A stretch of 64,000 bases of DNA from Planctomycetales bacterium (GCA_037441675.1 JBBIRS010000010.1:1-64000); one strand, 5' to 3'; counted from the first letter of the stretch, positions 47,784-58,977 are shown. Program-made: numbers and translations. The notes: a model not told the origin generated them from the letters alone.

Positions 47784-48416
47784 TTAAATCCTATTTGAAT
47801 AATACTCAACGACAAGAAGTTCATCCACGTTTTGCTCCATTTCTTCCCTCTGGGGCAATCGGTTAACAGTTACTTTTAGGTTTTCCTCGTCCAGAGATAA
47901 CCAAAAGTTTTTAGGTGGATGAACAAAACCGTTCTCCCTTTTTAGGGTATAAAAGGTAGATTTTTTCTTTTCTGGCTTCACCTCTATTACATCACCGCTC
48001 TTAATACGATAACTCGGTCTATCCACAACCCTTCCATTCACCAGAAAGAATTTATGCGTCACTAGCTGTCTGGCTTGAGCCCTACTTTCCGCTAGACCTC
48101 CGCGGAAAACAACGTTGTCAAGCCTACATTCAAGAATACGAAGAAGTGCTTCGCCTGTTACGCCACGACTCTTTTTAGCCTCAATAAAAGTTCTTCGGAA
48201 TTGGCGCTCTCCAACCAGAAACATCCTTCTCATAATCTGCTTCTCTCTCAGATGGTCGCCATAGTCCGTTATCTTGCCTCTTCTCCGTCGAGGGCCAGGC
48301 GGGTAATTCCTCAGTTCAATCGCGCACCTTTCTGATAAACATCTTTCGCCTTTTAGGTAAAGCTTATTTCCAGCTGCTCTGCACTGTTTACATTTTGGTT
48401 CGGAACTTCTAGACAT
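47784..48416 (-). CDS. rpsD: 30S ribosomal protein S4 (Zn-binding type)
   Basis: CKQCR..KGERC...C, RLDNVVFR and VVEYY. Confidence 0.97.
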   Translation of the reverse strand: MSRSSEPKCKQCRAAGNKLYLKGERCLSERCAIELRNYPPGPRRRRGKITDYGDHLREKQIMRRMFLVGERQFRRTFIEAKKSRGVTGEALLRILECRLDNVVFRGGLAESRAQARQLVTHKFFLVNGRVVDRPSYRIKSGDVIEVKPEKKKSTFYTLKRENGFVHPPKNFWLSLDEENLKVTVNRLPQREEMEQNVDELLVVEYYSNRI

Positions 48417-48434
48417 ACTTTTATATAAAATTAG

Positions 48435-48833
48435 TTATACCCTACGTTTTTTCTTCGGCCTACACCCATTATGGGGTACAGGGGTAACATCCTTTATCAG
48501 TTTGACCCTTAAACCCTGTCCACTAATAGTTCTAATGGCAGCCTCTTTACCACTTCCAGGACCCTTGCTGAAAATGCTTATCTCTTTAACGCCAGCCTCG
48601 CGTGCTATTCGGCAAACTTCCTCAGCTGCAAGCTGAGCAGCATAGGCAGTCCCTTTTTTCGTCCCTTTATAACCTTTAGTACCAGCACTAGCCCAACCAA
48701 ATATGTTACCGTCAAGGTCAGCAACAGAAACAACAGTGTTATTAAAGGTGCTTTTTACGTAAATTCTAGCCTCAGGTATGTTTCGTTTGATCTTCTTAGA
48801 GCGTCCGCCAGTTTTTTTCTTATCCTTAACCAT
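48435..48833 (-). CDS. rpsK: 30S ribosomal protein S11
   Basis: STFNNT and DVTPVPHNGCRP. Confidence 0.97.
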   Translation of the reverse strand: MVKDKKKTGGRSKKIKRNIPEARIYVKSTFNNTVVSVADLDGNIFGWASAGTKGYKGTKKGTAYAAQLAAEEVCRIAREAGVKEISIFSKGPGSGKEAAIRTISGQGLRVKLIKDVTPVPHNGCRPKKKRRV

Positions 48834-48854
48834 AGCAAATTATCTTGTTTTGTG

Positions 48855-49238
48855 TTACTTCTTTCCAGGTTTCTTTTTACCTGCAATAGCTTGCTTCCGA
48901 GGACCTTTTCTTGTCCTTGCGTTAGTATGAGTTCTTTGACCATGAACTGGAAGGCCTCTACGGTGTCTAATTCCACGATAGCACCTAATTTCTATCAGGC
49001 GCTTAATGTTAAGGGTAATCTCTTTTCTCAAATCTCCTTCTACCGGCAATCCTAGTTTTTCAATGGCATTGCGAATTAGAACGGTTTCATCTGTCGTCAG
49101 CTCCCGTGCTTTCTTTGCAGGATCAATCCCAGCAATTTCGCATATCTTGCGAGCTGAAGACCTACCGATCCCATAAATATATGGGAGTGCAAACTCAAGC
49201 CTCTTATTATCAGGAATATTTACACCTATTATTCTCAT
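48855..49238 (-). CDS. rpsM: 30S ribosomal protein S13
   Basis: RIIGVNIP and [20 protein letters not shown] 49238 avoids overlap with rpmJ. Confidence 0.97.
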   Translation of the reverse strand: MRIIGVNIPDNKRLEFALPYIYGIGRSSARKICEIAGIDPAKKARELTTDETVLIRNAIEKLGLPVEGDLRKEITLNIKRLIEIRCYRGIRHRRGLPVHGQRTHTNARTRKGPRKQAIAGKKKPGKK

Positions 49239-49263
49239 CGTTGTAATGTCAGAATTTAATAAA

Positions 49264-49377
49264 TTATCCTTGCCGTTGTTTATGGCGAGGATTCTCACAT
49301 ATCACGTAAACGCGCCTCCGCCTTCGAATGATCCGACACTTAGAACAAATTTTTTTCACAGAAGCTCTAACTTTCAC
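49264..49377 (-). CDS. rpmJ: 50S ribosomal protein L36 (Zn-ribbon type), not in the ORF track
   Basis: Hand translation from GTG 49377: [37 protein letters not shown]. Confidence 0.96.
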   Translation of the reverse strand: MKVRASVKKICSKCRIIRRRRRVYVICENPRHKQRQG

Positions 49378-49615
49378 GTTCTTTTTCCACAGTATCCGGT
49401 TTATACCGATAAACTATCCTACCTCGCGTTAGGTCATAAGGCGACAACTCAACCTTCACTCTATCACCAGGTAGGATTCTAATAAAATGAATTCTTATTT
49501 TACCACTAATATAAGCTAAAATGCAATGTCCAGGTTTAATTTCAACTTTGAACATTCCGTTTGGAAGTGCTTCCGAAACGGTACCATCAACTTCAATCAC
49601 ATCTTCTTTCGCCAA
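49367..49615 (-). CDS. infA: Translation initiation factor IF-1
   Basis: [39 protein letters not shown]. Confidence 0.97.
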   Translation of the reverse strand: MAKEDVIEVDGTVSEALPNGMFKVEIKPGHCILAYISGKIRIHFIRILPGDRVKVELSPYDLTRGRIVYRYKPDTVEKERES

Positions 49616-49636
49616 GACTTATTTCATCACCTCCTA

Positions 49637-50431
49637 TTAACCAAGTATATCCTTCGCTTTCTCGTCATCATATTTTGTCAATATAATCGCTTCACCTTCT
49701 ACAATAGCAATAGTATGTTCGTAATGCGCTGATAACGAACCATCAGCGGTAATGTACGTCCAGTGGTCCTTTGACAAGATAACCTGCTCGGACGAAATAG
49801 AAGCCATCGGTTCAACAGCCAAGACCAGCCCTTCTCTTATTATAATTGATCTGCCACCTTGTGTTGGAAAGTTATGCAATACCGGTGGTTCATGAAGTTC
49901 AAGTCCGATGCCATGCCCAGTTAACTCTCTTATTATTTTAAGCCCATCTCTAGTAATTCTTGTATATATTGCTGTGGATATTTCATTTAATCTTTTGCCA
50001 GCAGTAGCTTTTGATATACCTAAATAAAGTGCCTCTTCCGTGGCGCGCATTAGCTGAACTACTCTTGACGGCACATCAGCATCACCAACCCAAAACGTAT
50101 ACGCGGTATCGCTGTACAAACCATTAAGTATGACTCCAGTGTCAATCTTTAAGAGATCGCCCTCCTTAAGCCTTACATTCCGAGATGGTATTCCATGCAC
50201 AACTTCGTGATTAATCGAGGTGCAAAGAGTTGCTGGAAACCCTTGATAACCCTTAAACGCTGGCTCTCCCCCGCTTTCCTTAATGAAAGAGTATGCAAAT
50301 TCATCCAATTCTAGAGTCGTAATACCTGGTTTTATTAGCTCTTTAAGTTTAAGCATCAATTTTCCAGCAATCAGACCAGAATGATAAATAGCTTTAATCT
50401 CAGCCTTGCTTTTCAAACGAATACTATTCAT
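49637..50431 (-). CDS. map: Methionine aminopeptidase type I
   Basis: CTSINHEVVHGIP, GHGIG..HE and SAHYEHT. Confidence 0.96.
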   Translation of the reverse strand: MNSIRLKSKAEIKAIYHSGLIAGKLMLKLKELIKPGITTLELDEFAYSFIKESGGEPAFKGYQGFPATLCTSINHEVVHGIPSRNVRLKEGDLLKIDTGVILNGLYSDTAYTFWVGDADVPSRVVQLMRATEEALYLGISKATAGKRLNEISTAIYTRITRDGLKIIRELTGHGIGLELHEPPVLHNFPTQGGRSIIIREGLVLAVEPMASISSEQVILSKDHWTYITADGSLSAHYEHTIAIVEGEAIILTKYDDEKAKDILG

Positions 50432-51077
50432 TGTTGAAAATTAACCTCTCTACTTGGGCATATACTTCTTCCACTGACTTAGTCGCATCAACCGAGGAGA
50501 GCAACCCTCTTTTTTTATAAAAGGACAGCAACGGTTTAGTGGAAATTTGATATATCTTTGCTCTCTCTTGAAGAACATCGGTGCTATCATCAACTCTCTT
50601 CACCATCTTCCTCCCACATCTGTCGCAGATCATCTCAACTTTTGGTTTTAGGGTCTTTAAGTTATAAAGTGCCCCACAATTTGAGCAAACGATTCTGTTT
50701 AATATCCGCTCCACGATGAGGCTTTCGTCAATTTTAAAAAATATTACCCGCGTAATCTCACGTCTGTAATTTTCTAATTGTTCATCTAACAAGTTAGCCT
50801 GTTCAATTGAACGCGGAAAACCATCAAGCACAATATCCTTCTCAGAATTTACGGATAAAAATGATGAAACGAATTTTTTAACAATATGGATTGGCACAAG
50901 TTGTCCACTTTGAATTGAAGAACGGATTTCCTGTGAATTCGGGCTATCTCCAGTGCTCGCTTCTCTAAAAGCTTTACCAATGTCAAAATTGCTAAATCCT
51001 TTTCGCTGGCTTAACAGCTGAGCTTGCGTTCCTTTTCCACACCCAGGGGGACCCAAGAATACACAAGTCTTTGCCAT
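50424..51077 (-). CDS. adk: Adenylate kinase with Zn-lid
   Basis: GPPGCGKGTQ, LDGFPR, and CSNC..CDRC lid. Confidence 0.96.
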   Translation of the reverse strand: MAKTCVFLGPPGCGKGTQAQLLSQRKGFSNFDIGKAFREASTGDSPNSQEIRSSIQSGQLVPIHIVKKFVSSFLSVNSEKDIVLDGFPRSIEQANLLDEQLENYRREITRVIFFKIDESLIVERILNRIVCSNCGALYNLKTLKPKVEMICDRCGRKMVKRVDDSTDVLQERAKIYQISTKPLLSFYKKRGLLSSVDATKSVEEVYAQVERLIFNNE

Positions 51078-52403
51078 CTACTTGGTAAACCCTGAGTAAT
51101 GTCGCATAATCATATGCGCTTGAAGTTGTTGCACAGTATCTAGCGCAACGCCCACCACGATGAGAAGACTTGTGCCACCAATATAAAACGTTGTTACTTG
51201 AACACCGGTGATATCAAAAATAATGCCATTGATAATTATAGGAAGAACCGCAACAGTAGAGAGAAATATAGCTCCGAAGAAAGTAACTCTATGCAAGACT
51301 TTATCTAAAAAGTCAAAGGTAGGCTTACCAGGGCGAATGCCAGGAATGAACCCTCCATGTTTCCTCAGATTATCACTAATTTCCTTAGTATTAAACACTA
51401 TTGCGGTATAAATAAATGTAAAGACAAATACTAATACCCATTCTAGCAGGACGTACCATATACCTCTTTGAAATTTCGCCCATAAGACGTTAGCCTTGGT
51501 CAAGTGGGGTAAAAATTGCAGTATCGTCTCAGGTATCATCACAACTGATACAGCAAATATTATTGGAATAACTCCAGCCATAGCCAATTTTATTGGTAGA
51601 AAAGTACTTTGCCCGCCATATATCTTCCTACCAACCTGTCTTCTAGCATACTGAACAGGAATCTTTCTAACTGAAAGCTGAATAAAAACTATCCCTGCCA
51701 CAACTATGACTAGGAAAGTGAAGAATAGCAAAAGAGCCAACCATCTAGCCTGTTCAAAGTATGCTTGCTGAATTTCCATTGCAATGCTTTGAGGAAGTCT
51801 CGCCACAATTCCAATAAAGATAATAAGGGATATGCCATTGCCAATACCTTTTTCGGTGATTTCATCACCAAGCCACATTAGAAAGCAAGTTCCAGCAACT
51901 AGAGAAAGAATCGCTGTAAGCGGTGCAAGGATATTTCCCGGAAAACTATAGTCAACGGAAATTATAGACCCCCCCTGGAGCGCGATGACCAGCCCTATAC
52001 CCTGAAGGAATGCAAATGCCATCGCGAGGTAACGGGTTATCTTGCTAATCCTCTTTCTTCCTTCCTCACCTTCCTGTTGAATTTCCTTCAGCTTTGGTTC
52101 AATGTTAACAAGGATCTGCATTAGAATGCTAGCATTAATGTAGGGCATTACACCCAATGCGAGAACGGAGAATTTTCTTAAAGCTCCGCCGGTGAAAAGG
52201 TCTAGTAATCCAAAGAGCCCGCCAGCCCCTCCACCACCTCGTTGGAAAAAGCTTTCAACCATAGCTTGCGAGACACCTGGAGTGGGAATGTGAGTGCCTA
52301 TTACAAAAATCAACAGAGCATAAATTACGAATTTTATTCTCCGCTGAACGTCAGGAATGTTCCATGCCTGTGCGAGGGAGAATGCAGTTTTCGGAACACT
52401 CAC
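51078..52403 (-). CDS. secY: Preprotein translocase subunit SecY
   Basis: LGVMPYINASI, GIGNGISL, IPGIRPG and GGTSLLIVVGV. Confidence 0.98.
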   Translation of the reverse strand: MSVPKTAFSLAQAWNIPDVQRRIKFVIYALLIFVIGTHIPTPGVSQAMVESFFQRGGGGAGGLFGLLDLFTGGALRKFSVLALGVMPYINASILMQILVNIEPKLKEIQQEGEEGRKRISKITRYLAMAFAFLQGIGLVIALQGGSIISVDYSFPGNILAPLTAILSLVAGTCFLMWLGDEITEKGIGNGISLIIFIGIVARLPQSIAMEIQQAYFEQARWLALLLFFTFLVIVVAGIVFIQLSVRKIPVQYARRQVGRKIYGGQSTFLPIKLAMAGVIPIIFAVSVVMIPETILQFLPHLTKANVLWAKFQRGIWYVLLEWVLVFVFTFIYTAIVFNTKEISDNLRKHGGFIPGIRPGKPTFDFLDKVLHRVTFFGAIFLSTVAVLPIIINGIIFDITGVQVTTFYIGGTSLLIVVGVALDTVQQLQAHMIMRHYSGFTK

Positions 52404-52846
52404 CTCCTGATCACCTCACATCTGCCACCTTTGGCTTCAATTTTTTCCCTCGCGCTTTGAGAAAATGCATGCGCAGATATATTCATCACCCTCTTTGCCT
52501 CACCTTCACCAAGTATCTTAACGAGCTTTCCCTTGGGTAAGAGTCCGTACTGGCTAAGAACATTTGGGTCAATTCGGTCAATATTCACGGGGATTCTCTC
52601 CAAGTCTTTCAAATTTACAGCGTGATAAACAACTTTTCTCTTATGAATAAAACCATCAAATTTCGGGAGTTGACGAATTATCGTGGTTCTACCACCTTCA
52701 AAACGTGGCGGAATTGAATCACCCGTGCGGGCACCTTGCCCTTTTGTCCCACGACTACAAGTTTTGCCCTGCCCTGCTGAAATTCCCCTTCCAACTCGTT
52801 TGCGCTTCCCAATTCGTTTATCAACTTTTACAAGTGGTATTACCAA
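52400..52846 (-). CDS. rplO: 50S ribosomal protein L15
   Basis: RVGRG..GKT..RGTKGQ, FEGG and KILGEG. Confidence 0.96.
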   Translation of the reverse strand: MVIPLVKVDKRIGKRKRVGRGISAGQGKTCSRGTKGQGARTGDSIPPRFEGGRTTIIRQLPKFDGFIHKRKVVYHAVNLKDLERIPVNIDRIDPNVLSQYGLLPKGKLVKILGEGEAKRVMNISAHAFSQSAREKIEAKGGRCEVIRR

Positions 52847-53545
52847 CTATTCTTCCTCCTCCTCTGAGTATTCATCGCCTTCATCTACAACTTCAAGTGA
52901 TTCGTCCATAATGGGTGATTTTCTCTTGGCAGGTGAAAGCTCCCTATTACCCTCTTCAGTCCTAGCATCGACAGATACCTCTTGGACACTCGAAGCGACG
53001 CGGATTTTCTCCTCAACCTCTTTCTTCTTCCTCCATTCATGGAAATGTTTTCTTCTATAAACCGCTTCAGTTATATCTTCAAGCTCCTTTAACGCTTCAA
53101 AAGTAACCTTTGCGCAATTTACTCGATTGTTTGAACCAAAGAATTTAGCGGTGCAATCTGAAATCCCTGCTAGCGACAACAGAATTCTTGCAGGTCCACC
53201 AGCAGTAATACCACTACCCTCTCTTGCAGGCCTAAGGAGTACCGTAGATGAGCAAAAATGCTTCTTTACTTCATAGGGAATGGTAGTGCCTTTACGATAT
53301 ATCTTAATCATATTTTTTCTCGCAAGTTCTTCACCTTTACGTATAGCATCAACAACTTCGGGAGCCTTGCCCATTCCCAGACCAACCCTCCCGTTTTTAT
53401 CTCCCACAGAAACTAAAGCTGTGAAGCGAAACCTTCTACCACCAGCCAAAACCTTTGCCACTCGGTTTATATAAAGCACCTTGCTCTCTAAAGGATGCTC
53501 ACCAGTAATATCCTGTTCACCAGTTGTTATCAATGATCTATCCAT
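52847..53545 (-). CDS. rpsE: 30S ribosomal protein S5 with C-terminal extension
   Basis: INRVAKV..GGRRFRF and GRVGLG.GKA. Confidence 0.96.
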   Translation of the reverse strand: MDRSLITTGEQDITGEHPLESKVLYINRVAKVLAGGRRFRFTALVSVGDKNGRVGLGMGKAPEVVDAIRKGEELARKNMIKIYRKGTTIPYEVKKHFCSSTVLLRPAREGSGITAGGPARILLSLAGISDCTAKFFGSNNRVNCAKVTFEALKELEDITEAVYRRKHFHEWRKKKEVEEKIRVASSVQEVSVDARTEEGNRELSPAKRKSPIMDESLEVVDEGDEYSEEEEE

Positions 53546-53557
53546 TTATTATTGCCT

Positions 53558-53920
53558 CTAGAATTTCAACCCTGTTTTTCTAGCAGAATCGGCAAGTGAT
53601 TTGATTAGTCCATGGTACTTGTGGCCACCGCGGTCAAAAACAACTGCTTCAATTCCAGCTTTTAACGCTTTCTCCGCTAACAGCTTTCCCGTCAGCTCTG
53701 CAAGCTCACTTGGTTTTGTAGTCTTCCCCCTTATCTCAGGGGATAGAGTTGATGCTGAAACTAATGTTCTACCCGATGTATCATCAATCACTTGGCAGTA
53801 TAAATGTCTATTACTCTTAAAGACAGAGAGCCGCGGTCGCTCGGGCGTGCCGAACACAGTCTTTCTAACACGCCTATGCCTTATAAGTCTCATTTTCCGC
53901 CTATTTGATATTTTTGCCAT
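53558..53920 (-). CDS. rplR: 50S ribosomal protein L18
   Basis: [10 protein letters not shown] and VVFDRGG..YHG. Confidence 0.97.
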   Translation of the reverse strand: MAKISNRRKMRLIRHRRVRKTVFGTPERPRLSVFKSNRHLYCQVIDDTSGRTLVSASTLSPEIRGKTTKPSELAELTGKLLAEKALKAGIEAVVFDRGGHKYHGLIKSLADSARKTGLKF

Positions 53921-53928
53921 AGTTAAAC

Positions 53929-54486
53929 CTAGCCAGTTTTACCAGCCTTCTTCCTTACACGTTCATCCTCATACCTAATACCCTTACCCTTATAAGGCTC
54001 CGGAGGTCTAACTTTCCGAATTAACGCCGCGAAATGCCCAACCTTTTCTTTATCAATCCCCGCAACAGAAATAATTGTAGTGGGTAACTGCTCCTTTGTC
54101 GTAGTTCCCTCAACTTTTACCTCCACATATGGCGGAATTTCAATTCTAACTGGATGTGAAAATCCAACAGAAAGTACAAGGGTATTATCAGTAACCTGCG
54201 CTCTATATCCTGTTCCTCTAATTTCCAAACGTTTAACGAAGCCTTGAGTAACTCCTGTAATCATATTTTGCGTTAAAGCTCGGGTTAATCCATGAAGGGC
54301 TCGCACCTTGGGCTTATCCGACGTCCTAACAAAACTGATTTCCCCATCAACAATATTTGCCTGAATCTCCTCCGGGATAGTGAGTGAGAGCGAACCTTTG
54401 GGACCCTTTACGGCGATTCTTTTACCATCCAGGGTAAGCTCTACGTCCTTAGGAATTATTACAGGCTTTTTACCAATACGCGACAT
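53929..54486 (-). CDS. rplF: 50S ribosomal protein L6
   Basis: MSRIGK and [13 protein letters not shown]. Confidence 0.97.
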   Translation of the reverse strand: MSRIGKKPVIIPKDVELTLDGKRIAVKGPKGSLSLTIPEEIQANIVDGEISFVRTSDKPKVRALHGLTRALTQNMITGVTQGFVKRLEIRGTGYRAQVTDNTLVLSVGFSHPVRIEIPPYVEVKVEGTTTKEQLPTTIISVAGIDKEKVGHFAALIRKVRPPEPYKGKGIRYEDERVRKKAGKTG

Positions 54487-54908
54487 TAGTAAACCTCTAA
54501 AAGCACCTCCCCACCAACCTTCAATCTTCTAGCTTCAACATCAGAAATTATCCCACGCGGTGAAGAGATAATTTTTATACCAATACCACCACTAACTGGT
54601 TTTAATTCAGAATAGCCACAGTAAACTCTTCTTCCTGGTTTGCTAATACGCTTGATTGTTTTTATAAGAGAGCGGGTTTTCCTTTCATCGATGTAACGTA
54701 GTTCAAGTCTGAGAAATTGTCGAGGATTCTTCTTGCCTTTCTTTTCAAATGATACTACCTCAACCTTCTCAATAAAGCCTTCCTTTTGAAGTATCTTAGC
54801 AATCGCTTCTAGCAATTTGGATTGCTCCCATAGTATAAAATCCTGACCAGAAGCCACTGCGTTTCTAATTCCAGTTGCAAAATCACTAATTGGATCGGTT
54901 CTACTCAT
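54486..54908 (-). CDS. rpsH: 30S ribosomal protein S8
   Basis: DPISD, RISKPGRRVY and GGEVL. Confidence 0.97.
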   Translation of the reverse strand: MSRTDPISDFATGIRNAVASGQDFILWEQSKLLEAIAKILQKEGFIEKVEVVSFEKKGKKNPRQFLRLELRYIDERKTRSLIKTIKRISKPGRRVYCGYSELKPVSGGIGIKIISSPRGIISDVEARRLKVGGEVLLEVY

Positions 54909-54912
54909 TTTC

Positions 54913-55101
54913 TTACCAACTGCTTTTACGAACTCCTGGGAGATAACCTCTCAAAGCATACTCTCTGAGGCAAATCCTACATAAATTAAAGAAACGATAA
55001 TAACCTCTAGGACGACCGCAGATTTTACACCGATTCCGGTACTGAATGGGTCTTTCGCGGCCTCTACGTTCGTTACGAATGATTATTGATTTCTTTGCCA
55101 T
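54913..55101 (-). CDS. rpsZ: 30S ribosomal protein S14, type Z (Zn-binding)
   Basis: From ATG 55101: [31 protein letters not shown]. Confidence 0.96.
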   Translation of the reverse strand: MAKKSIIIRNERRGRERPIQYRNRCKICGRPRGYYRFFNLCRICLREYALRGYLPGVRKSSW

Positions 55102-55108
55102 ATAAAAA

Positions 55109-55828
55109 TTATGCGACCTCCACCGCAACCTTAAAGTCCTTAAAGGGCATTCCCAGCCGATATAAAAGCTCTGCCGCAAGAGGAGTATTATCCGTCGTGG
55201 TAACTATTACCACTTGCAAACCCTTAATATGCTCAATCTCATCAAAAACAATTTCTGGAAAAACCAATTGGTCGCGAAAACCAAGGTTATAATTGCCTAA
55301 GCCGTCAAAACCTTTAACGGAGACACCCTGAAAGTCGCGAAGACGCGGTAAAGTTATATTGATAAGTTTATCTAAGAAATTCCACATTATTTGACCACGC
55401 AGAGTGACATAAACACCGTTTGGTTGTCCCGCCCGCAACTTAAAATTGCTGATAGACTTCTTAGCACGTGTGACAACCGGTTTCCTTCCAGTTATCACTG
55501 TCAATGTTTTTATTGCGCTTTCAAGAGCTTTCGGATTATCCTTAGCTTCACCCACACCCACATTTACAACTATCTTCGAAATTGTTGGAACCTCCATAAT
55601 GTTTAATCCACGCTCCGCCATCAATGCAGGCCTTACCTTTGATAGATAGAATTCATGCAACCTGTTTCGCTTTAAGTTACCGTCATGAACTTCTGTTCGC
55701 TCATCCTTCCCCCTATCCTTAGTGCCTGTGCCAACCTTGCTGGCTCTACCTCTCGTTGACTTAGTGGGTTTTTCGCCTACCATTTTTTCTTCCTTCTTAG
55801 GACTTACTTTTTTCTTTTTTTCTTCCAT
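55109..55828 (-). CDS. rplE: 50S ribosomal protein L5 with Lys-rich N-terminal extension
   Basis: [17 protein letters not shown] and FDGLGNY. Confidence 0.96.
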   Translation of the reverse strand: MEEKKKKVSPKKEEKMVGEKPTKSTRGRASKVGTGTKDRGKDERTEVHDGNLKRNRLHEFYLSKVRPALMAERGLNIMEVPTISKIVVNVGVGEAKDNPKALESAIKTLTVITGRKPVVTRAKKSISNFKLRAGQPNGVYVTLRGQIMWNFLDKLINITLPRLRDFQGVSVKGFDGLGNYNLGFRDQLVFPEIVFDEIEHIKGLQVVIVTTTDNTPLAAELLYRLGMPFKDFKVAVEVA

Positions 55829-55844
55829 TTGAGTTGAAAAATAA

Positions 55845-56171
55845 TTACTCGGTATCTATTAGTTCATCGCTTCGCTTTGAATATCTAAGAAGCTTTCTTC
55901 CTACCTTTTTTCTACCTACTCTAGTTGGCATCTTCTTTGCTTTGTCAAAATACATCACATTTGAAACATGAATTGGCATAGGTTTTTCAACAATGGACGC
56001 AATTTCCTTCTTCTGAGGATTAGCGCGTTGATGCTTTTTGACGACATTAACGTTTTCGACGATTAATTTGTTATCCTTCGCCAACACCTTAATAACCTTG
56101 CCGCGCTTTCCTCTGTCCTTACCAGCGATCACAATAACTTCATCACCCTTTTTTATTTTTAGTTTAGTCAT
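55845..56171 (-). CDS. rplX: 50S ribosomal protein L24
   Basis: [19 protein letters not shown] and PIHVSNV. Confidence 0.97.
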   Translation of the reverse strand: MTKLKIKKGDEVIVIAGKDRGKRGKVIKVLAKDNKLIVENVNVVKKHQRANPQKKEIASIVEKPMPIHVSNVMYFDKAKKMPTRVGRKKVGRKLLRYSKRSDELIDTE

Positions 56172-56542
56172 TAAAGCACCTCAGAGGCGAGGGAAACAAT
56201 CTTCATGAATCCTCTCTCACGCAATTCACGGGCAACTGGTCCAAATACCCTCGTCCCAGCAGGGTTTCTAGTTGCGGGATCAATAATTACGCAAGCGTTA
56301 TCGTCAAATCGTATAGTACTCCCGTCGCTTCTGCGCACCGCAAACTTAGTTCTCACAATTACCGCGCGGACAATCTGGCCCTTTTTCACCTGCCCGCGCG
56401 GAGTTGCGCTTTTAATAGTTCCTACCACCATATCTCCAAGCGAGCCAAAACGGGCGGTGCTCTTCCCCAGTACTTTGATGACCAAAAGTACCTTACCGCC
56501 AGTGTTATCAGCTATAACCATTTTGCTCTCAGGCTGTATCAC
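56171..56542 (-). CDS. rplN: 50S ribosomal protein L14
   Basis: ADNTG, IRFDDNA and [13 protein letters not shown] 56542 gives the typical MIQ start. Confidence 0.97.
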   Translation of the reverse strand: MIQPESKMVIADNTGGKVLLVIKVLGKSTARFGSLGDMVVGTIKSATPRGQVKKGQIVRAVIVRTKFAVRRSDGSTIRFDDNACVIIDPATRNPAGTRVFGPVARELRERGFMKIVSLASEVL

Positions 56543-56565
56543 GTCCAATAACTCACAAGTATAAT

Positions 56566-57015
56566 TTAACCTTCATCCTCAGCATTTACCTGATTGTCAC
56601 TCTCAGAATTAACTGCCTCAGAAGATATTTCACTCTGACTAACCTCACCTTGACTAACTTCAGTTGAGGTCTCTGAAACACTTTCTTCAGCTTCCTTAAC
56701 TGCCTCAATCTCTCTTTGAGCTCGGGAAATCTCTTCAACTCCAGCCTCTTCCGCAAGTTCAACTTCTGGTCCTACTCCTCTCACTAAAATAGCATCCAAC
56801 TTAAACCTCTTAGTTTTTGATATTGGTCTATGTTCAACAATCCTAACTAGGTCTCCTACCCTTGCGGAATTATTTTCATCATGAACCATATATTTTTTCC
56901 TACCGCGAACGTACTTCTTGTATCTTCGGTGTTCCTTGAGTCTGGTTACAAGTACTGAAATAGTCTTATCAAGTTTATCCGACGTAACTATACCGATTGT
57001 TTTCTTCTTTGGCAT
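56566..57015 (-). CDS. rpsQ: 30S ribosomal protein S17 with acidic C-terminal extension
   Basis: [15 protein letters not shown] and RPISKTK. Confidence 0.96.
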   Translation of the reverse strand: MPKKKTIGIVTSDKLDKTISVLVTRLKEHRRYKKYVRGRKKYMVHDENNSARVGDLVRIVEHRPISKTKRFKLDAILVRGVGPEVELAEEAGVEEISRAQREIEAVKEAEESVSETSTEVSQGEVSQSEISSEAVNSESDNQVNAEDEG

Positions 57016-57016
57016 A

Positions 57017-57232
57017 TTAAATTCCATGCTTGTTTTCTCTTTCCTTCACCTTGAGAATAGTCAATGCACGGGCGATGTTTCTCCTAACTTCTCTAATCCG
57101 TCTATAGTTCTCGAGCTTTCCCGTCATCTTTTGAAACCGTAATTCATATAGCTCTTTCCTAAAGTCAGCGAACCTCTTCTTTAGCTCAGGCAATGATAGG
57201 CTAGAAAGCTCCTTTGTAGCTTTCTTAGGCAT
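57017..57232 (-). CDS. rpmC: 50S ribosomal protein L29
   Basis: ELYELRFQ..G.LEN..IREVRRNIAR. Operon position. Confidence 0.95.
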   Translation of the reverse strand: MPKKATKELSSLSLPELKKRFADFRKELYELRFQKMTGKLENYRRIREVRRNIARALTILKVKERENKHGI

Positions 57233-57233
57233 A

Positions 57234-57650
57234 CTACAACCACTTCTCCTTTTGCACAATCTTGCACTTAACAGGTAATTTATGAATTGCCCTTAGAAGA
57301 GCATCGTGAGCTAGTTTATCGTCAACGGTATCTATTTCAAAGATAATTCTTCCAGGTTTCACCACAGCCACAAATCCTTCAGGATTGCCTTTACCACTCC
57401 CCATCCTTGTTTCCGCTGGTTTCTTGGTGAAAGGCTTATCAGGAAAAACCCGAATGAAGATGTTAACACCTTTCTTCAGGACACGGTTTATAGCGATTCT
57501 TGCCGCTTCAATCTGGTTCGCAGTAATCCATCCAGGCTCTAAAGCTTTAATCCCAAAAGTGCCAAAGTGAACGCTAGAGCCTCGGTAGCTTTTACCTTTC
57601 ATCCTGCCACGCTGAACCTTTCTATGTTTTACACGACTCGGTATTAGCAT
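57234..57650 (-). CDS. rplP: 50S ribosomal protein L16
   Basis: QIEAARIA and [12 protein letters not shown]. Confidence 0.97.
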   Translation of the reverse strand: MLIPSRVKHRKVQRGRMKGKSYRGSSVHFGTFGIKALEPGWITANQIEAARIAINRVLKKGVNIFIRVFPDKPFTKKPAETRMGSGKGNPEGFVAVVKPGRIIFEIDTVDDKLAHDALLRAIHKLPVKCKIVQKEKWL

Positions 57651-57652
57651 TA

Positions 57653-58324
57653 TCAAGCCCTCCCGGACATTCCCTCCTTAATAGTTTTTTCCGGAACAAC
57701 ATCACCGAGGTAAATCCAAGCCTTCACACCAAGCACTCCGTACGTAGTGCGAGCGATATCGTAAGCGTAGTCTATCTTAGCTCTTAATGTGTGAAGCGGA
57801 ATTCTTCCATACCTATACCATTCCGTTCTACACATCTCAGCACCATTGAGACGTCCAGAAACCATCAATTTCACTCCCTTGGCGCCAGCTTGAATGGAAC
57901 GTTTCATTTGTTGCTTTAGCGCCCTTCTAAAGTTAATTCTCTTCTCAAGCTGGCTGACAATGTTATTCACAACGACTGACGGGGATAGATCTGGATTGGG
58001 TTCCTCGTAAAAGTCTAAATGTATTTCTTTTGCGTCACCAACTATTCTTCTGAGAGATTGCCTAAGTTCCTCGCGATGCGCACCGCCACGACCAACCGCT
58101 ATACCTATACGCACGCAATAAACATTGATGATAATTTGCTCAAGGTAACGCTTGATTTCAATGCGCGATATTTGAGCCGATTTAAGCTCATTTTCCAGGA
58201 AAGCTCTAATCTTTAGGTCTTGAACCAGCTGTTTGCCGTAGTTGCGATGGTCTGCATACCATACCGCATCCCAATTGGATGTAAGACCTAAACGAAAACC
58301 TTTTGGATGTGTTTTCTGACCCAT
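57653..58324 (-). CDS. rpsC: 30S ribosomal protein S3
   Basis: [20 protein letters not shown] and PLHTLRA. Confidence 0.97.
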   Translation of the reverse strand: MGQKTHPKGFRLGLTSNWDAVWYADHRNYGKQLVQDLKIRAFLENELKSAQISRIEIKRYLEQIIINVYCVRIGIAVGRGGAHREELRQSLRRIVGDAKEIHLDFYEEPNPDLSPSVVVNNIVSQLEKRINFRRALKQQMKRSIQAGAKGVKLMVSGRLNGAEMCRTEWYRYGRIPLHTLRAKIDYAYDIARTTYGVLGVKAWIYLGDVVPEKTIKEGMSGRA

Positions 58325-58326
58325 CC

Positions 58327-58971
58327 TTAATCATTCTCCTCCTTTTTTCCCCTTTTCCTTATGCCTTTTCTTATGCCACTTATAATCTCACCGCCACTAA
58401 TCTCTCCACTAGCCTCTTTAGCCGTTCTCTTGCTCCGTCTTGGCTTGGCTTCAGCGCTCATTTCATCCTTCTTTTCAGACTCAACTGAAGGATGTCCCTT
58501 TTCAATCCCCTTACCTTTTACAGATTTTATGCCCTTTTTAGGTTTAACTGCCTTACTAATTTCTCTTTCAGCTCTAGCGGTCTTATCTTCTTGTTTCACC
58601 GAAGTATCCTTAGCAGTTTTCGCCGGTTTTCGTAGGTCCTCACGAAAATCAAGCTCAATTGTGACATGGCTCGTTCGTTTCAGTATCGGATATGCACGGC
58701 CACGCATAACAGGTTGATATCTCTTATATGATGGACCACCATCAACTATTACGTTCTTCACAATCATAATTGAAGGATCAAGTTCATAATTATTCTCAGC
58801 ATTAGCGACGGCGCTATTAAGAACTTTGAGTAGGGATTTACAGGTGGGGCTAGGATGAAAAGCTAGAAATGCGCGCGCTTCTTCTACGCCCTTACCCTTA
58901 AAGGCTAAGGCATACCTCCTAACCTTCCAAGGTGATACGCGTAAATACTTGACTTTTGAAACGATTGGCAT
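58327..58971 (-). CDS. rplV: 50S ribosomal protein L22 with long basic C-terminal extension
   Basis: RVSPWKVR, SAVANAENN and KRTSHVT. Alternative start TTG 58977. Confidence 0.96.
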   Translation of the reverse strand: MPIVSKVKYLRVSPWKVRRYALAFKGKGVEEARAFLAFHPSPTCKSLLKVLNSAVANAENNYELDPSIMIVKNVIVDGGPSYKRYQPVMRGRAYPILKRTSHVTIELDFREDLRKPAKTAKDTSVKQEDKTARAEREISKAVKPKKGIKSVKGKGIEKGHPSVESEKKDEMSAEAKPRRSKRTAKEASGEISGGEIISGIRKGIRKRGKKEEND

Positions 58972-58977
58972 TTTCAA

